The position numbers and the translations under genes are program-made. Source: Octopus bimaculoides (Eukaryota). Taken from it: 52,279 bases of DNA. Under the pieces are notes generated by a model, which saw only the letters and a list, made by a program, of their open reading frames with translations, searched no databases and had not been told where the DNA came from. Location of the stretch: positions 44,578,508 through 44,630,786 of the forward strand of contig NC_068987.1 in the NCBI RefSeq assembly GCF_001194135.2. The letters run 5' to 3'. Below are positions 9,995 to 21,900 of this stretch, piece after piece (position 1 is the first letter of the stretch; each line of letters starts with the position of its first letter).

Positions 9995-12176
9995 GCATGT
10001 GAATCAGCAGCTTGAAGTGTTTCAGTTTGCCAGACAGTGTGCCGGGGAATATTGTCATATGGTAGAGAAGTGTATTTGCATGGATGATGATTGACTTACA
10101 GTTAGTGACTCTACAAAGAAAGAGGCTTGTAAGTGCCATTATGAAAAGCTATTAAATGTAGAGAATTCATTGGAAGAGAGTCTGCCTAGTGTGGATTGAA
10201 CAGAGGGACCAGCAATATAAATAGACAGTAGTGTTTTAGATAAAGCCATGAAAATGGGGAAAGCTCGGCCCATGAGAAATAACTGCCGAAATGCTTAAAA
10301 TATCTGGTGTTGTGAGTTATCATCTAGTCACCTATATAGTTAATCAGGTGTTGCACGAAGGAGTCATACCAATGACTGGTGTAGTGGTACCACAGACTGC
10401 TACAAAGGTAAAGGTGATTCCTTAGATAGAAATAATTACCATGGTATCACATTGTGGGATGAAAGTCATGGAGAGGGTCATAGCCCAACTAATTAGAAGA
10501 GTGTTAGTTTAGATGAGATGCAGTTGGGTTTTGTGCCAGGGAGAAGCACCACTTATGCTATATTTCTGGAAAGACAGCTACAGCAGAAGTACCTAGCCAA
10601 AGATAAACTTCAGTACTTAGCTTTTGTTGACATGGAGAAAGCCTTTGACAGGGTACCCTGATCCCTTATCTGGTGGTCAATGTGGAAACCAGGGATAGAC
10701 AAGTGGTTGGTGAGAACTGTACAAGCCATGTACAGAGATAAAGTAAGAAAGATGAGGGCTGGCTATGAGTAAAGTGATGAATTCAAGGTATAAATAGGCG
10801 TTCATCCAGGCAATAACAGAGGAATTTAAGACAGGCTACCCCTAGGAGCTCCTCTATGCTGATGACCTTGCACTAATTGCTGAGTCACTATCAGAAGTAG
10901 ACAAGACATTTCAGGTGTGAAAGCAAGGTCTAGAATTGAAGGGCCTAGAGTCAACCTAGCAAAAACCAAAGTCTTAGTAAGAACGCAGACAAATCACAAA
11001 TCCCTTCAAGTAGATAGCCCTGCTCAATCTGTAGTAAAGGTGTAGGTAGAAATTCCATAAGATGTACCTGGTGTAAGCTATGGACGCATAAGAGGTGCAG
11101 CAATATCAGAGGTAGGTTAACTGGGAAAATAGTTTTTGTGTGTGGAAGGTGCAATAAACACTAAAACTGTACAGAATATTGATTTTTATCAAATGCCATT
11201 GGGGTAAGCTAGAGGTAGTGGATATTTTCCTTTATCTAGGTGACCAAGTCAGTAGCGGAAGTGGATGCTCTGAGAGTGTAGCTGCGAGAATAAGGATAAG
11301 CTAGGCAAAGTTCATGGAGCTCCTACCTCTGTTGGCAACAAAGGGCTTTAGTTAAAGGCAGGCTATTTGATGGCTGTGTGTGAACGGCTATGCTACAAGG
11401 CAGTGACACATGGGCTGTGACCATCAAGGACATGCATAGACTTGAGCAAAATGAAACCAGTATACTTTGCTGGATGTGCAATGTCAGTGTGCATGTACAA
11501 CAGAGTGTAAGTGTCTTGAGGGAAAAGTTGGACATAAGAGGCATCAGAGACAAGGACAGTTGTGTAAAGAAGTGCTGATTTCTAACAGTAGAGAGAACCT
11601 GTGGAAGAGATAGATCCACAAAGGCATGGAATGAAGTATGATCTTCGAACATTGGGCTTCACAGAGGCAATGACTTTTGACTGAGACCTTCAGCAATATG
11701 TTGTGCATGAGAAGACCTATCAAACCAAGTGAAATCATAGTCACGACTGCTGCTGGTGTCACATGACTGGCACGTAAAGACCACCTATTGAGCATTGGGC
11801 CTCACAGAAGCATTGTAGCTGATGCCAGTGTCAACTAACTAACACTTGTGACAGTGACATGTAAAAAGCACTTTCAAGTGGTAAGCCTCACGGAAGCAAT
11901 GATAAATGACTGAGACTTTCAGTGTGTTGTGCTTGAGAAATGGACCAACCAAGTCAAGTGAAATCGTAGTTGTAGATACTGGTGTTGCACAACTGGCACC
12001 CAAGCCAGTGGCACATGGAAACACCCATTACGCCCTCAAAGTGGTTGGCATTAGAAAGGGCATCCAGCTATAGAACCCATGCCAAATGAGACTGGTGTCT
12101 AGTGCATCCCCTCAACTTCCCAAACTGCCCAGCCCATGCCAGCATGGACAACAAATGTTAATTCATGATGATGATA
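9995..12176 (+). mobile_element. Degenerate 5'-truncated RTE-clade LINE (RT, Cys-rich insert, 3'UTR, (GAT)n tail)
   Basis: Homologous to the copy at 32635-35875; many stops and frameshifts. Confidence 0.85.
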
Positions 12177-12515
12177 ATGGGGGATTGAAAAGGCATGTCA
12201 AATTTCATGCTGTGGCACTTGTTCTCTCTCCCAGCCAGCACAGGTGTGCATTATGTAATAGAATGTGCAAATCTTTACCCAAACTTGAGTCAAGTGTCTC
12301 ACATTGCATCATCATCAACTCATTTCAATGATTTTAGCAATGGCTTTGCTTGTATATAAGAAAGCAGCTACTATGAATATCTATGAGGGTGTCTGTGTGT
12401 ATATATATATATGTGTGTGTGTGTATATGTATGCATATATATAAATGTATGTATGTATATGTGTATGTATACATGTATATATATATGTATGTATATATAT
12501 ATATGTGTGTGTGTA

Positions 12516-13059
12516 ATATACATAATTATAACAAGGGCTTGGCGTGCGCCTCACCACGCACTGAGAAATAGACGTCAAAAGACAATATTACCATCAAAAA
12601 TTCTCCGAGAAAAACACACTGCATAATAGGCTAGTAGAAGAAAGAAAATGAATTAAAACTTTGGTTAACCGCGTACAAGATCGTGTTTTGGGCTTAAAGT
12701 AATAAAAAACTACCTTTTTGCCTTCATCAGCGTTGGTATACCCAGGCATATAAATATGAGTGGCCACGATTATGCAAGCGAGCTGCATCCGCTTATCTTA
12801 TACCCTTTGAGACTCACAGATATATGCTGTGAAGTAGAATTCATATCGTTCTCTTATAGCCACGTGCAGTGTTTTAAAGATCAATTCTGCAGTTAATACA
12901 GTTTTGATCAAGGAGTAAATATCTTTTTCAAATATTAATTACAATGATAATAAGGAGTAAGATCATAAATGATTTTTATGGTGGTAATAGTGTCTTTTGA
13001 TGTCTATTTTTTAGTGCATAGTGCGGTGCAAGCCAAGCCCTTGTTTTAATCATGTATAT
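12516..13059. mobile_element. ~545-bp ORF-less element with ~85-bp terminal inverted repeats and an internal minus-strand hammerhead motif
   Basis: IR 12516-12600 / 12973-13059 (about 80% identical by eye). Motif at 12668-12737: CTGATGA-AGGC...GCCC-AAAA-CACGATCTTGTA/CG. Confidence 0.6.
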
Positions 13060-13289
13060 AATTATAAAATATTTATAAAATTTACCTATGAGGTTTTATT
13101 TCTGTGCTGACCACTTGGTAAAAACCATTTATGATTTTACCCTTTATTATTATATATATAGGTTGCTTCACAACCACATCGTTCAGGTTCATTCCACTGC
13201 AGTGAACCTTGGGCAAATGTCTTCTACTACAGCCTAGGAACCATGAGGCTGGTAAGCCAGCTACTTAAAACACAGCCACTACTGAGCTT

Positions 13290-13323
13290 ATGTGTATAGA
13301 TGTATACATATATATGTACATGT

Positions 13324-13355
<32 letters not shown>

Positions 13356-14230
13356 GTATGTATATATGTATGTGTATAGATGTGTATATGTATGTATATA
13401 TGTATGTGTATAGATGTATATATTTATGTATATGTATATGGATATATATATATTCATATAGATATATATACACATGTATGTATATATATATCTATATATA
13501 CATATATATGTATATATATGTACATATATATATATGTATATATATATATATGTATGTATATCTATATATACATATGTATGTATATATATATATATGTATG
13601 TATATCTATATATACATATGTANNNNNNNNNNNNNNNNNNNNNNNNNNNNNNNNNNNNNNNNNNNNNNNNNNNNNNNNNNNNNNNNNNNNNNNNNNNNNN
13701 NNNNNNNNNNNNNNNNNNNNNNNNNNNNNNNNNNNNNNNNNNNNNNNNNNNNNNNNNNNNNNNNNNNNNNNNNNNNNNNNNNNNNNNNNNNNNNNNNNNN
13801 NNNNNNNNNNNNNNNNNNNNNNNNNNNNNNNNNNNNNNNNNNNNNNNNNNNNNNNNNNNNNNNNNNNNNNNNNNNNNNNNNNNNNNNNNNNNNNNNNNNN
13901 NNNNNNNNNNNNNNNNNNNNNNNNNNNNNNNNNNNNNNNNNNNNNNNNNNNNNNNNNNNNNNNNNNNNNNNNNNNNNNNNNNNNNNNNNNNNNNNNNNNN
14001 NNNNNNNTATATATATATATATATATGTATATGTATGTATATATGTATGTGTATAGATGTATATATTTATGTATATGTATATGGATATATATATATTCAT
14101 ATAGATATATATACACATGTATGTATATATATATCTATATATACATATATATGTATATATATGTACATATATATATATGTATACATATTTGTCATCATCA
14201 TCATCATTTAACATATATATACATATATAT
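13290..14230. repeat. (TA/TG)n compound microsatellite spanning an assembly gap
   Basis: Dinucleotide runs; it produces the spurious YI-repeat ORFs. Other runs at 1-27, 645-675, 4292-4328, 9825-9985, 12395-12515, 15742-15830 and 31710-31953. Confidence 0.95.
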
Positions 14231-15740
14231 ATATCATCATCGGTTAACGTCCGCTTTCCATGCTAGCATGGGTTGGACAATTTGACTGAGGACTGACAAG
14301 CCAGAAGGCTGCACCAGACTCCAATCTGATCTGGCAGAGTTTCTACAGCTGGATGCCCTTCCTAACGCCAACCACTCTGAGTGTGTAGTGGGTGCTTTTA
14401 CGTGCCACCGGCACAAGGGCCAGTCACACGGTACTGGCAACAGCCATGCCCAAAAAGGTCTTTTCTGCATGCCACCTGCACGGAAGCCAGTCCAGCGGCA
14501 CTGGCAACGACCTTGCTCGAATGATTTTCTAACGTGCCACCAGCACAAGTGCTAGAAGGCAACGCTGATAACGATTACACTATAATGGTGCTATTTACGG
14601 GCCCCTAGCACGGAAGCCAGGCAGCTGCTCTGGCAATGAAGCACGCTCGACAGTGCTGTTAGTGTTCCACTGGCACGGTTACCAGTCATCGAGTATGGTT
14701 CAATTACGATTTCATTTGTCCAAACAGGTCTTCACAAGCAGAGTTTAGTGTCCAATGAAGAAGAGGTTGTCATGGGTGCCAGTCATTGGATTCAGTTCGA
14801 TTTCAAATTTCAAATTCACTTGCCTCAACAGGTCTTCGCAAGCAGGGTTTTAAGTGTCCAATGAAGTAAAGATACGGATTAGTGAGCTGGCTACACTTCT
14901 GGCAGAGAACACAGATTATGCTCTCACTTGCCTTGCCGGATCTTCTCACGTACTGCTTATTTCCAAAGGTCCCGGTCACTGGTCATTGCCTCGGTGAGGC
15001 CTAAAGTTCGAAGGTCGTGCTTCACTACCTCATCCAAGGTCTTCCTGGGTCTACCTCTTTCACAGGTTCCTTCAACTGCTAGGGTGTGGCACTTTTTCAC
15101 ACAGCTATCCTCATCCATTCTTGCCACATGTCCATATCAGTGCAATCGTCTCTCATCACCACAACTGATGCTTCTTAGGTCTAACTTTTCTCTCAAGGTA
15201 CTTACACTCTGTCAAATATGCACACTAACATTACACATCCATCGGAGCATACTGGCGTCGTTTCTTGCAGGCTTACACATGTCCTCAGCAGTCATGGCCC
15301 ATGTTTCACTGCCATGTAGCATGGCTGTTCGTACACATGCGTCATACAGTCTGCCTTTTACAATGAGTGAGAGGCCCTTTGTCACCAGTAGAGGTAAGAG
15401 CTCTCTAAACTTTGCCCAGGCTATTCTTATTCTAGCAGCTACACTTTCAGTGCAGCCTCCCCAGCTACAAACTTGGTCACCTAGGTAGCGGAAGCTATCA
15501 ACTACATCTAGTTTTTTTTCCCTGGAGTGTGGTAAAGATTGTTTTCTGCACATTCTCAGTGTTTATTGCTCCTGAACATCTGCCACATACAAAAACTATC
15601 TTCCTAGTTAACCTTCCTTTGATATTACTGCACCTCTTATGTGTCCATAGCTTACACTGGGTGCATGTTATGGAGTTTCTACCTATGCCTTTTCTACAGA
15701 TCAAGCAGGGCCATCTACCTGAAGGGGTTTCTGTTTTGTC
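14190..15740 (-). mobile_element. RTE-clade LINE 3' fragment with internally repetitive 3'UTR
   Basis: VVDSFRYLG...RIRIAWAKFRELLPLL...LYDACVRTAMLHGSETW; intact Cys4-His-Cys3 insert; (CAT)n tail at about 14190-14240. Confidence 0.9.
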
Positions 15741-15839
15741 TGTATATATATATATATATATATATGTGTGTATATATATATATATGTATATATACATATA
15801 TGTATATATACATATATGTACATATATACATATTTCATT

Positions 15840-18397
15840 TTTTTATTTTTCATTTTATCTAGTTTCAGCTCATGAGCTGTGGCCATGCTAGGGCACCGCC
15901 ATTTGGTGTTGCTACACAATTTTATTTCACCAATTTTACTTCAGGAATTGACATTTGATGTAGCTGCCCTCATCTGCACCTCCTTCCGCGAAGTTGGTTC
16001 ATCTGGGGCACCTGACAGGAAGAGGTCCAGCCTCATCTTGAAGACACCTATATCCACCCCATGCAGGTCTCTCAGGTCCTTCGGGATGATATTGATGAGC
16101 TGTGGACCTCTGAAGCCCAGGCTATTGCAGTATCTTGTCCTACATTTTGATGGCATGTTTGGAGCCCTTGGCACTATGCAATGGTGTCCAGTTCTTTTAT
16201 TTGTGTAACTTTCAGTGCCAAAGTTTGGGACAATTCCTTTGAGGATCTTCCAGATGTATATTATGGCATATCTTTCTCGCCTACGCTATAAAGAATAGAG
16301 TCTTAATGTCTTGATTCTTTCCCAATAGCTTATATGCTGCATAGAGGCTATCTTCTTCGTGTAGCTTCGTTGGATTGCCTCAAATTCTGAGATTAATTTG
16401 ACACTGGTTGGTAACCATAGCTGAGAGCAATAGTCAAAGTGCCTTAGAACAAGTGTCCTCCAGAGGACCATCATTGTTTCCTGATCTCTTGTTCTAAAAG
16501 TCCTAAGAATCCATCCGGTCAGTCGCCTGCATTTCATTGCCAATTTAGCAACATGCACATGAAAGGATGCATTATTACACATGTAAATGCCCAGGTCTCG
16601 CACTGACTGTGCCTCTGGGATTGCAGTCCAGGTCCAGTGTATTTAACGGGTACTGCATTTAGCTTTACATGCTGATAGCACAAGGCTTGAAACTTTTCAG
16701 CATTAAGCTGCATGTTATTCTTTTCAGCCCACTTGTATATTTCATCCAGCTCACATTGCAAGTGCATAGTGTCTTCAGGGTTCTGTATTACCTGTGAGAC
16801 TTGTGTATCATCTGTATAACTTGTGATCGTGGCTGAGGGCATGTCTGAGAAGGCCATTATGAACAGTAGTGGTCCCAAAACAGTGCCTTGCGGAACACCG
16901 CTCACTATTTGCGTGTCATTGGAGGTGGCCCCATTGGCTACTACCACCTGACTTCTATCCTTCAGAAAATCATGAAGCCATTCTCCCAATTTTCCAACTA
17001 TGCCGAGATCACGCAGTTTGTGACATATCATTCCATGATCGACTTTATCAAAGGCCTTTGCAAAGTCGAGATATATCACTTTCACAATTGAGTGGTTCAG
17101 TAGCTGTTTCAGCACCCAATCATAGTGTTGTAAGAGCTGAGTCAGGCAGCTTCTTCCTGGTAGGAAACCATGTTGGGTGTCAGGCAGCAAGTCATTTTCT
17201 TCAAGGAAGGAGATTAGTTTTCTTCTGACTTTTCTTTCCATGACCTTGCTGATGTGCGAGGTCAGAGAGATAGGTCTGTAGTTCTTGGCCTCTGCTCTGC
17301 TATCTCCTTTATGAATAGGGCATATTTGACCCTCCTTCAGTTTTCTTGAGAGTTTGCCAGATGCAAGGAAGCTCTGAAAGAGGGACTGCAGTGGTCTTGC
17401 TAGGACTCATTTACATACTTTTAGAAGGACTGCTGAGAATCCATGAGGGCCAGTAGCTGAGTTTGGGTTCATTTCATCTATAGCCCTTATTACATCGTCT
17501 TCCTTTACATTGACGTAATTGATCATCATTGCCTCTGTTTTTATATCTGCAGTGGTAAAAAAAGTCAGTTGGAATGCTACTTGAAAGTGCCCTAGGGGTG
17601 GAGTGAAAACACTTTTGAATTGCTCATTTAGTATTTCACTTATCCTCCTTGGGTTTCCTGTGAGTATACCATCTTTTTCAAGGAGTGGCCCTATCCTGCA
17701 GTGCACTGAAGCTGTTTCTTTGGCAAACTTGTAGAAAGGTCTGGGGTTAGATTTTATATTGTCTATAGCCCAGGCTTCTTTTTCGTGGGAAAGTTGCAGA
17801 TTTTTTTCAATCTCCAGCAGTTGTATTTTCAGGTGGGACTTTTTACTGCTTTCAATTTGTTTGTTTAGGCGATTTGAAACTTTTGTACGCCGTCTCATTA
17901 GAATTTTTCTCTCCCTGGGGATTTTGTTCTTGTGTACAGTGGCCTTTCTCTCCGGGACACATTTGTAGCATATGGCTTGCATTACATACATGAATTGTTT
18001 AAGTTTCATGTCGATGCCCGGTGCGGAGAGTCATTTAGTTTCGTTTGAGGATCTCTTTCTCAATTTATTTCCAGTTTGCCTTATGGAAGTTCAAATTGGA
18101 TAGATTCTGAGAGTTTCTTGTAGGCTGCATGTCCATGGTTTCCTTTGGTCCGTACATGGTCAGCTCCACCATGTTGTGATCCGAGAGTAGCGTCGGTGTC
18201 ACTTTCACATTATGGATGAGATCCATATTATTTTTGAAGCAGAGATCCAGTATTTTACCTGCCCTGGTTGGTTGGAGTACTATTTGTTCCATTTACAAAG
18301 TGTTGGCGAGGTTCAGGAGGGAATTCACCTATCCTTGTTCGTATCGCGTCATTCCTGGAAGAGAAAGGCCCTCGGGCCATCTGACATTGGGCAGATT
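15840..18397 (-). mobile_element. CR1/L2-superclade LINE ORF2 (APE endonuclease end plus RT), frameshifted, cut by a gap
   Basis: QPTRAGKILDLCF...SDHNMV; QHGFLPGRSCLTQLL; YLDFAKAFDKVDH; SGVPQGTVLGPLLF; YTDDT; SLERRRERY. Confidence 0.92.
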
Positions 18398-18497
18398 NNN
18401 NNNNNNNNNNNNNNNNNNNNNNNNNNNNNNNNNNNNNNNNNNNNNNNNNNNNNNNNNNNNNNNNNNNNNNNNNNNNNNNNNNNNNNNNNNNNNNNNN

Positions 18498-18529
<32 letters not shown>

Positions 18530-18804
18530 GTTTGTATATAAATATATGTATATATGTTTGTATATAAATATATGTATATATATACATGCACATGTATATG
18601 TATGAGAATTCCACATGAGCAGTGCGTGTGGTTGGCCATGTCTCAATCCCATGTGTGCTGGCACATCCGTTGCGCTCTTTCTAAGTTATGCGTTATACGT
18701 GTAGCATCCTTTTTTTTTTCCTTCTTTTCTTTTTTGTTTTATTTTAGTTATTAACAATACATGTGTATGTTTTCAAAAATGAACCTATGAGCATGCAGAT
18801 GTTG

Positions 18805-19365
18805 CTAAATAATATATTGATTACTAACTTCCAGCCTGTTTATTTGGGGACCTAGTCTTTCTATGAGTATAGCTTCCTTAATTCTTAAATTACCTAAATT
18901 TCTTTCAATAGCCTCAATTGTAACTGTTATGCTTTCGTCAGTGTTCCGGCATCTGCCTAGATGTATTCTGGAGGAGGCTCTTATGTTTAGATGTTCTTTG
19001 ATGTGGGCGTGTAACGGTCTTGTTGTGCTACCCACATAGAACTTGTTGCATTTGTTACATTGTATTCTGTACACAACATTTACCCTTTGACATAAATCTG
19101 TCAGACAGGACAGTTTGTTTGTGTGCATTGATTGTTATCCCTTGTTCATTTCTTTGCGAGGTGTCTTCTCAGTGAGCTGCCGGCGTGGACTAGTTGTATG
19201 TCTAGCCCTTCTCTTCTTATGGCTCTTCGGATGGCTGCAGTTATCCTCTTGCTAAAATGGGGGTATTTTAAGAAAGTATGTGTTGCTGGGTTTTCTATAT
19301 GTTCAGCGTGTTGGTTGTCTTGGGTACTTAAGCCAATTTACAATGGATCTAGTATCTACTCTTAA
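18805..19365 (-). mobile_element. Penelope-like element fragment (RT-EN linker and GIY-YIG endonuclease)
   Basis: VVYRIQCNKCNKFYVGSTTRPLHAHIKEH...RIKEAILIERLGPQINR: GIY-YIG signature with CxxC; upstream frame LKIPHFSKRITAAIRRAIRREGLDI is linker-like. Confidence 0.85.
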
Positions 19366-19381
19366 CAGTTTTTTATATATA

Positions 19382-19714
19382 TCATCATCATCATCATCAT
19401 CGTTTAATGTCCGTTTTCCATGCTAGCATGGGTTGGACGATTTGACTGAGGACTGGTGAACCAGATGGCTACACCAGACTCCAATCTGATTTGGCAGAGT
19501 TTCTACAGCTGGATGCCCTTCCTAATGCCAACCACTCCGAGAGTGTAGCGGGTGCTTTTACGTGCCACTTGCACGAAGGCCAGTCAGGCGGTACTGGCAA
19601 CAGCCACGCTCAAAATGGTGTATTTTACGTGCCACCTGCATAGGAGCCAGTCCAGCAGCACTGGCAACGATCTTGCTCGAATGTCTTTACACGTGCCACC
19701 TGCACAAGTGCCAG
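19382..19714 (-). mobile_element. Short RTE 3'-end copy with (CAT)n tail
   Basis: CATCATCGTTTAATGTCCGTTTTCCATGCTAGCATGGGTTGGAC. The same tail is at about 2830-3010, 3450-3630, 22600-22820, 25920-26050, 28260-28390 and 29150-29315. Confidence 0.8.
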
Positions 19715-20448
19715 NNNNNNNNNNNNNNNNNNNNNNNNNNNNNNNNNNNNNNNNNNNNNNNNNNNNNNNNNNNNNNNNNNNNNNNNNNNNNNNNNNNNNN
19801 NNNNTATGAATAATAATAATAAATGGAGCAAAACACATATAAATAAAAGGAACTTTTATTTATATGCGTTTTGCTCCATTTATTATTATTATTCATATCT
19901 TCTCAAAATGTATCACTTTAACTTGGTATCTCTACTTGTAAAACGGCTGTGATATCTTGGTTTCTAGTGTAATTTTGCTACCTCTGGTAACTATTAACAT
20001 ATTTACATTATCAAAGGTTTTTTTAAAACTGAGATAATATTAATATATACATAAACTAATATATATACTGTTTTCTCCCCCATTGTGCATATTAATCTCC
20101 ATTATGTCCTTCATGTTGTATCAACATTTCATGCATTTATTTAAGTTAAGGAAGTTATTAAAAGTTGAAACCCATCAGTGACTTTTGGGATGCACTGTTT
20201 ATACGTGTGTGTCTGGTCAAGCCAATGAAATATTTTCGTGTGTGTGTGTTTCTCCTTTACTACCACTTGACAACTGATTTTGGTTTGTTTACATCCTTAA
20301 CAGTTCCGGAAAAGAGACTAATAATTTAAATACCCAACTTTAAAAAACAAGTACTGGAGTTGAACTGTTTGTCTCAACCCTTCAAGGCTGTAACCCAGCA
20401 TGGCTGCAGTCCAGTGACTGAAACAAATAGAAGATATGTATGTGTATG

Positions 20449-20486
<38 letters not shown>

Positions 20487-21029
20487 TACATATATGTTTG
20501 TGTGTGTAAGGAGGGAAGAAATGTTTTGGAGTTCTATAATGCAAATGACATGTTGATCTACTTCACCAACTTCAAGCAACCAGTTTGACTACATTCTCAC
20601 CAGAAAACAGGTTAGACAGATGTTTGTAAATGCAGTCTTCTCCTGTGAAGAATGAACAAGCCAGTATAGGTTAATGATGTCAGACTTAGAGCAAGAAGGA
20701 TTCAGAGAGACAAATCAATCTGAAAAAGGAAGATAAGATGTTTAAAGATCCATTGAATAGATATTTAGTACTAATTGAGGTATACAACTTAAAGGATAAC
20801 CAAAGTTTTTACAAGACAACCTACTGTAGCTGTTACAAATTTCCAGTCAGCCCAAGAGTGATGTGGTGGTAGAACAGCAAAGTAAACAGAGCCATAAAAG
20901 CAAAGAGATGGGTTTTGTAGGATTGGAAGAATGGGAGTAGCTGAGAAATATACCAGGTAAATAGAAGAGAAGCTAGGTGAATTGTTTATTTAGCAAAAGA
21001 AGAAGCAAAGTGAGGAGACTTTGCAATGT

Positions 21030-21900
21030 TCTATGGTGTGTGGACCATAGGCTTGAGGTATTCTGGATTGTTAGATAAGTGTATCAAAGAAAACCGAGAT
21101 GTAGGAGAAAAATGTGTACAGATGGATAAAGGTACGCTTGTACTTAGTGATTCTGGACAGAAAGGCATAAAAGGCTACTAAATGTGGAGTGGCAGAGGGA
21201 CCAGTCATTCTCGTTGACAAAAGTATGTTAGATAAATCAATTAAGATATAAATACAAGGTTCACCATTGGGTCATCAAAAATTACTGCTGAGATGTCCAA
21301 AATATCCAGTGGAATGGCATACAGCCTAATTACCTGTGTAGTTAATCAGGTTGTACAGAAAGGTAGCATGCTCAATAGCTGGTGTGGTGGTATTATAACA
21401 AGCTGGTGTCTTAGAGGGAAGTAATTACAGAGATAACAAATTGCTGGATCAGGTCATGAAAGTTACAGCAAGAGTTATTGATCTATTAATGAAGATTTTG
21501 TGCCTGGAAGAAGTACTACTGACATTCTCTTTCTAATAAGGCAGTTTCAGAAGTAATTAACAATGCTGCATAGTAGTGAAATGTAAGCTGTGAACACAAA
21601 TGACATTGAAAACTAGAAAGAAATGAAACTAGCATGCTCTGCTGGATGTGCAATGTTAATGTGCATGTACAACAAAATGTGAGTATGTTGAGAGAGAAAT
21701 TAGGCATAAAAAGAATCAGATGTAGCATGCAAGAGAATAGACTTTACTGGTATGGTTTTGTGATGCAGATGGTTGAGGGCAGCTATATAAAGAAGTACTG
21801 ATTGCTAAATCTGGATGAAAGCTGTGGAAGAGAGAGACCCATGAAGACTGATCTCAGGATGTTGACCCTCATAGAAGAGATAAAGGTCCAAGATGATTGG
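21030..21900 (+). mobile_element. Highly degenerate, internally deleted RTE fragment
   Basis: Nucleotide similarity to 33450-35300 judged by eye. Confidence 0.65.

Noticed and set aside
13363-14180. ~170-bp duplication on both sides of the gap
   Set aside because: Probably overlapping contig ends in a microsatellite, i.e. an assembly artefact.
14400-14640. CRISPR-like regularly spaced repeats
   Set aside because: Eukaryotic RTE 3'UTR subrepeats; no unique spacers and no cas genes.
18610-18665. Possible hammerhead remnant downstream of the Penelope ORF
   Set aside because: Only CACATG/CATGTG pairing is visible; catalytic boxes are not recognisable.
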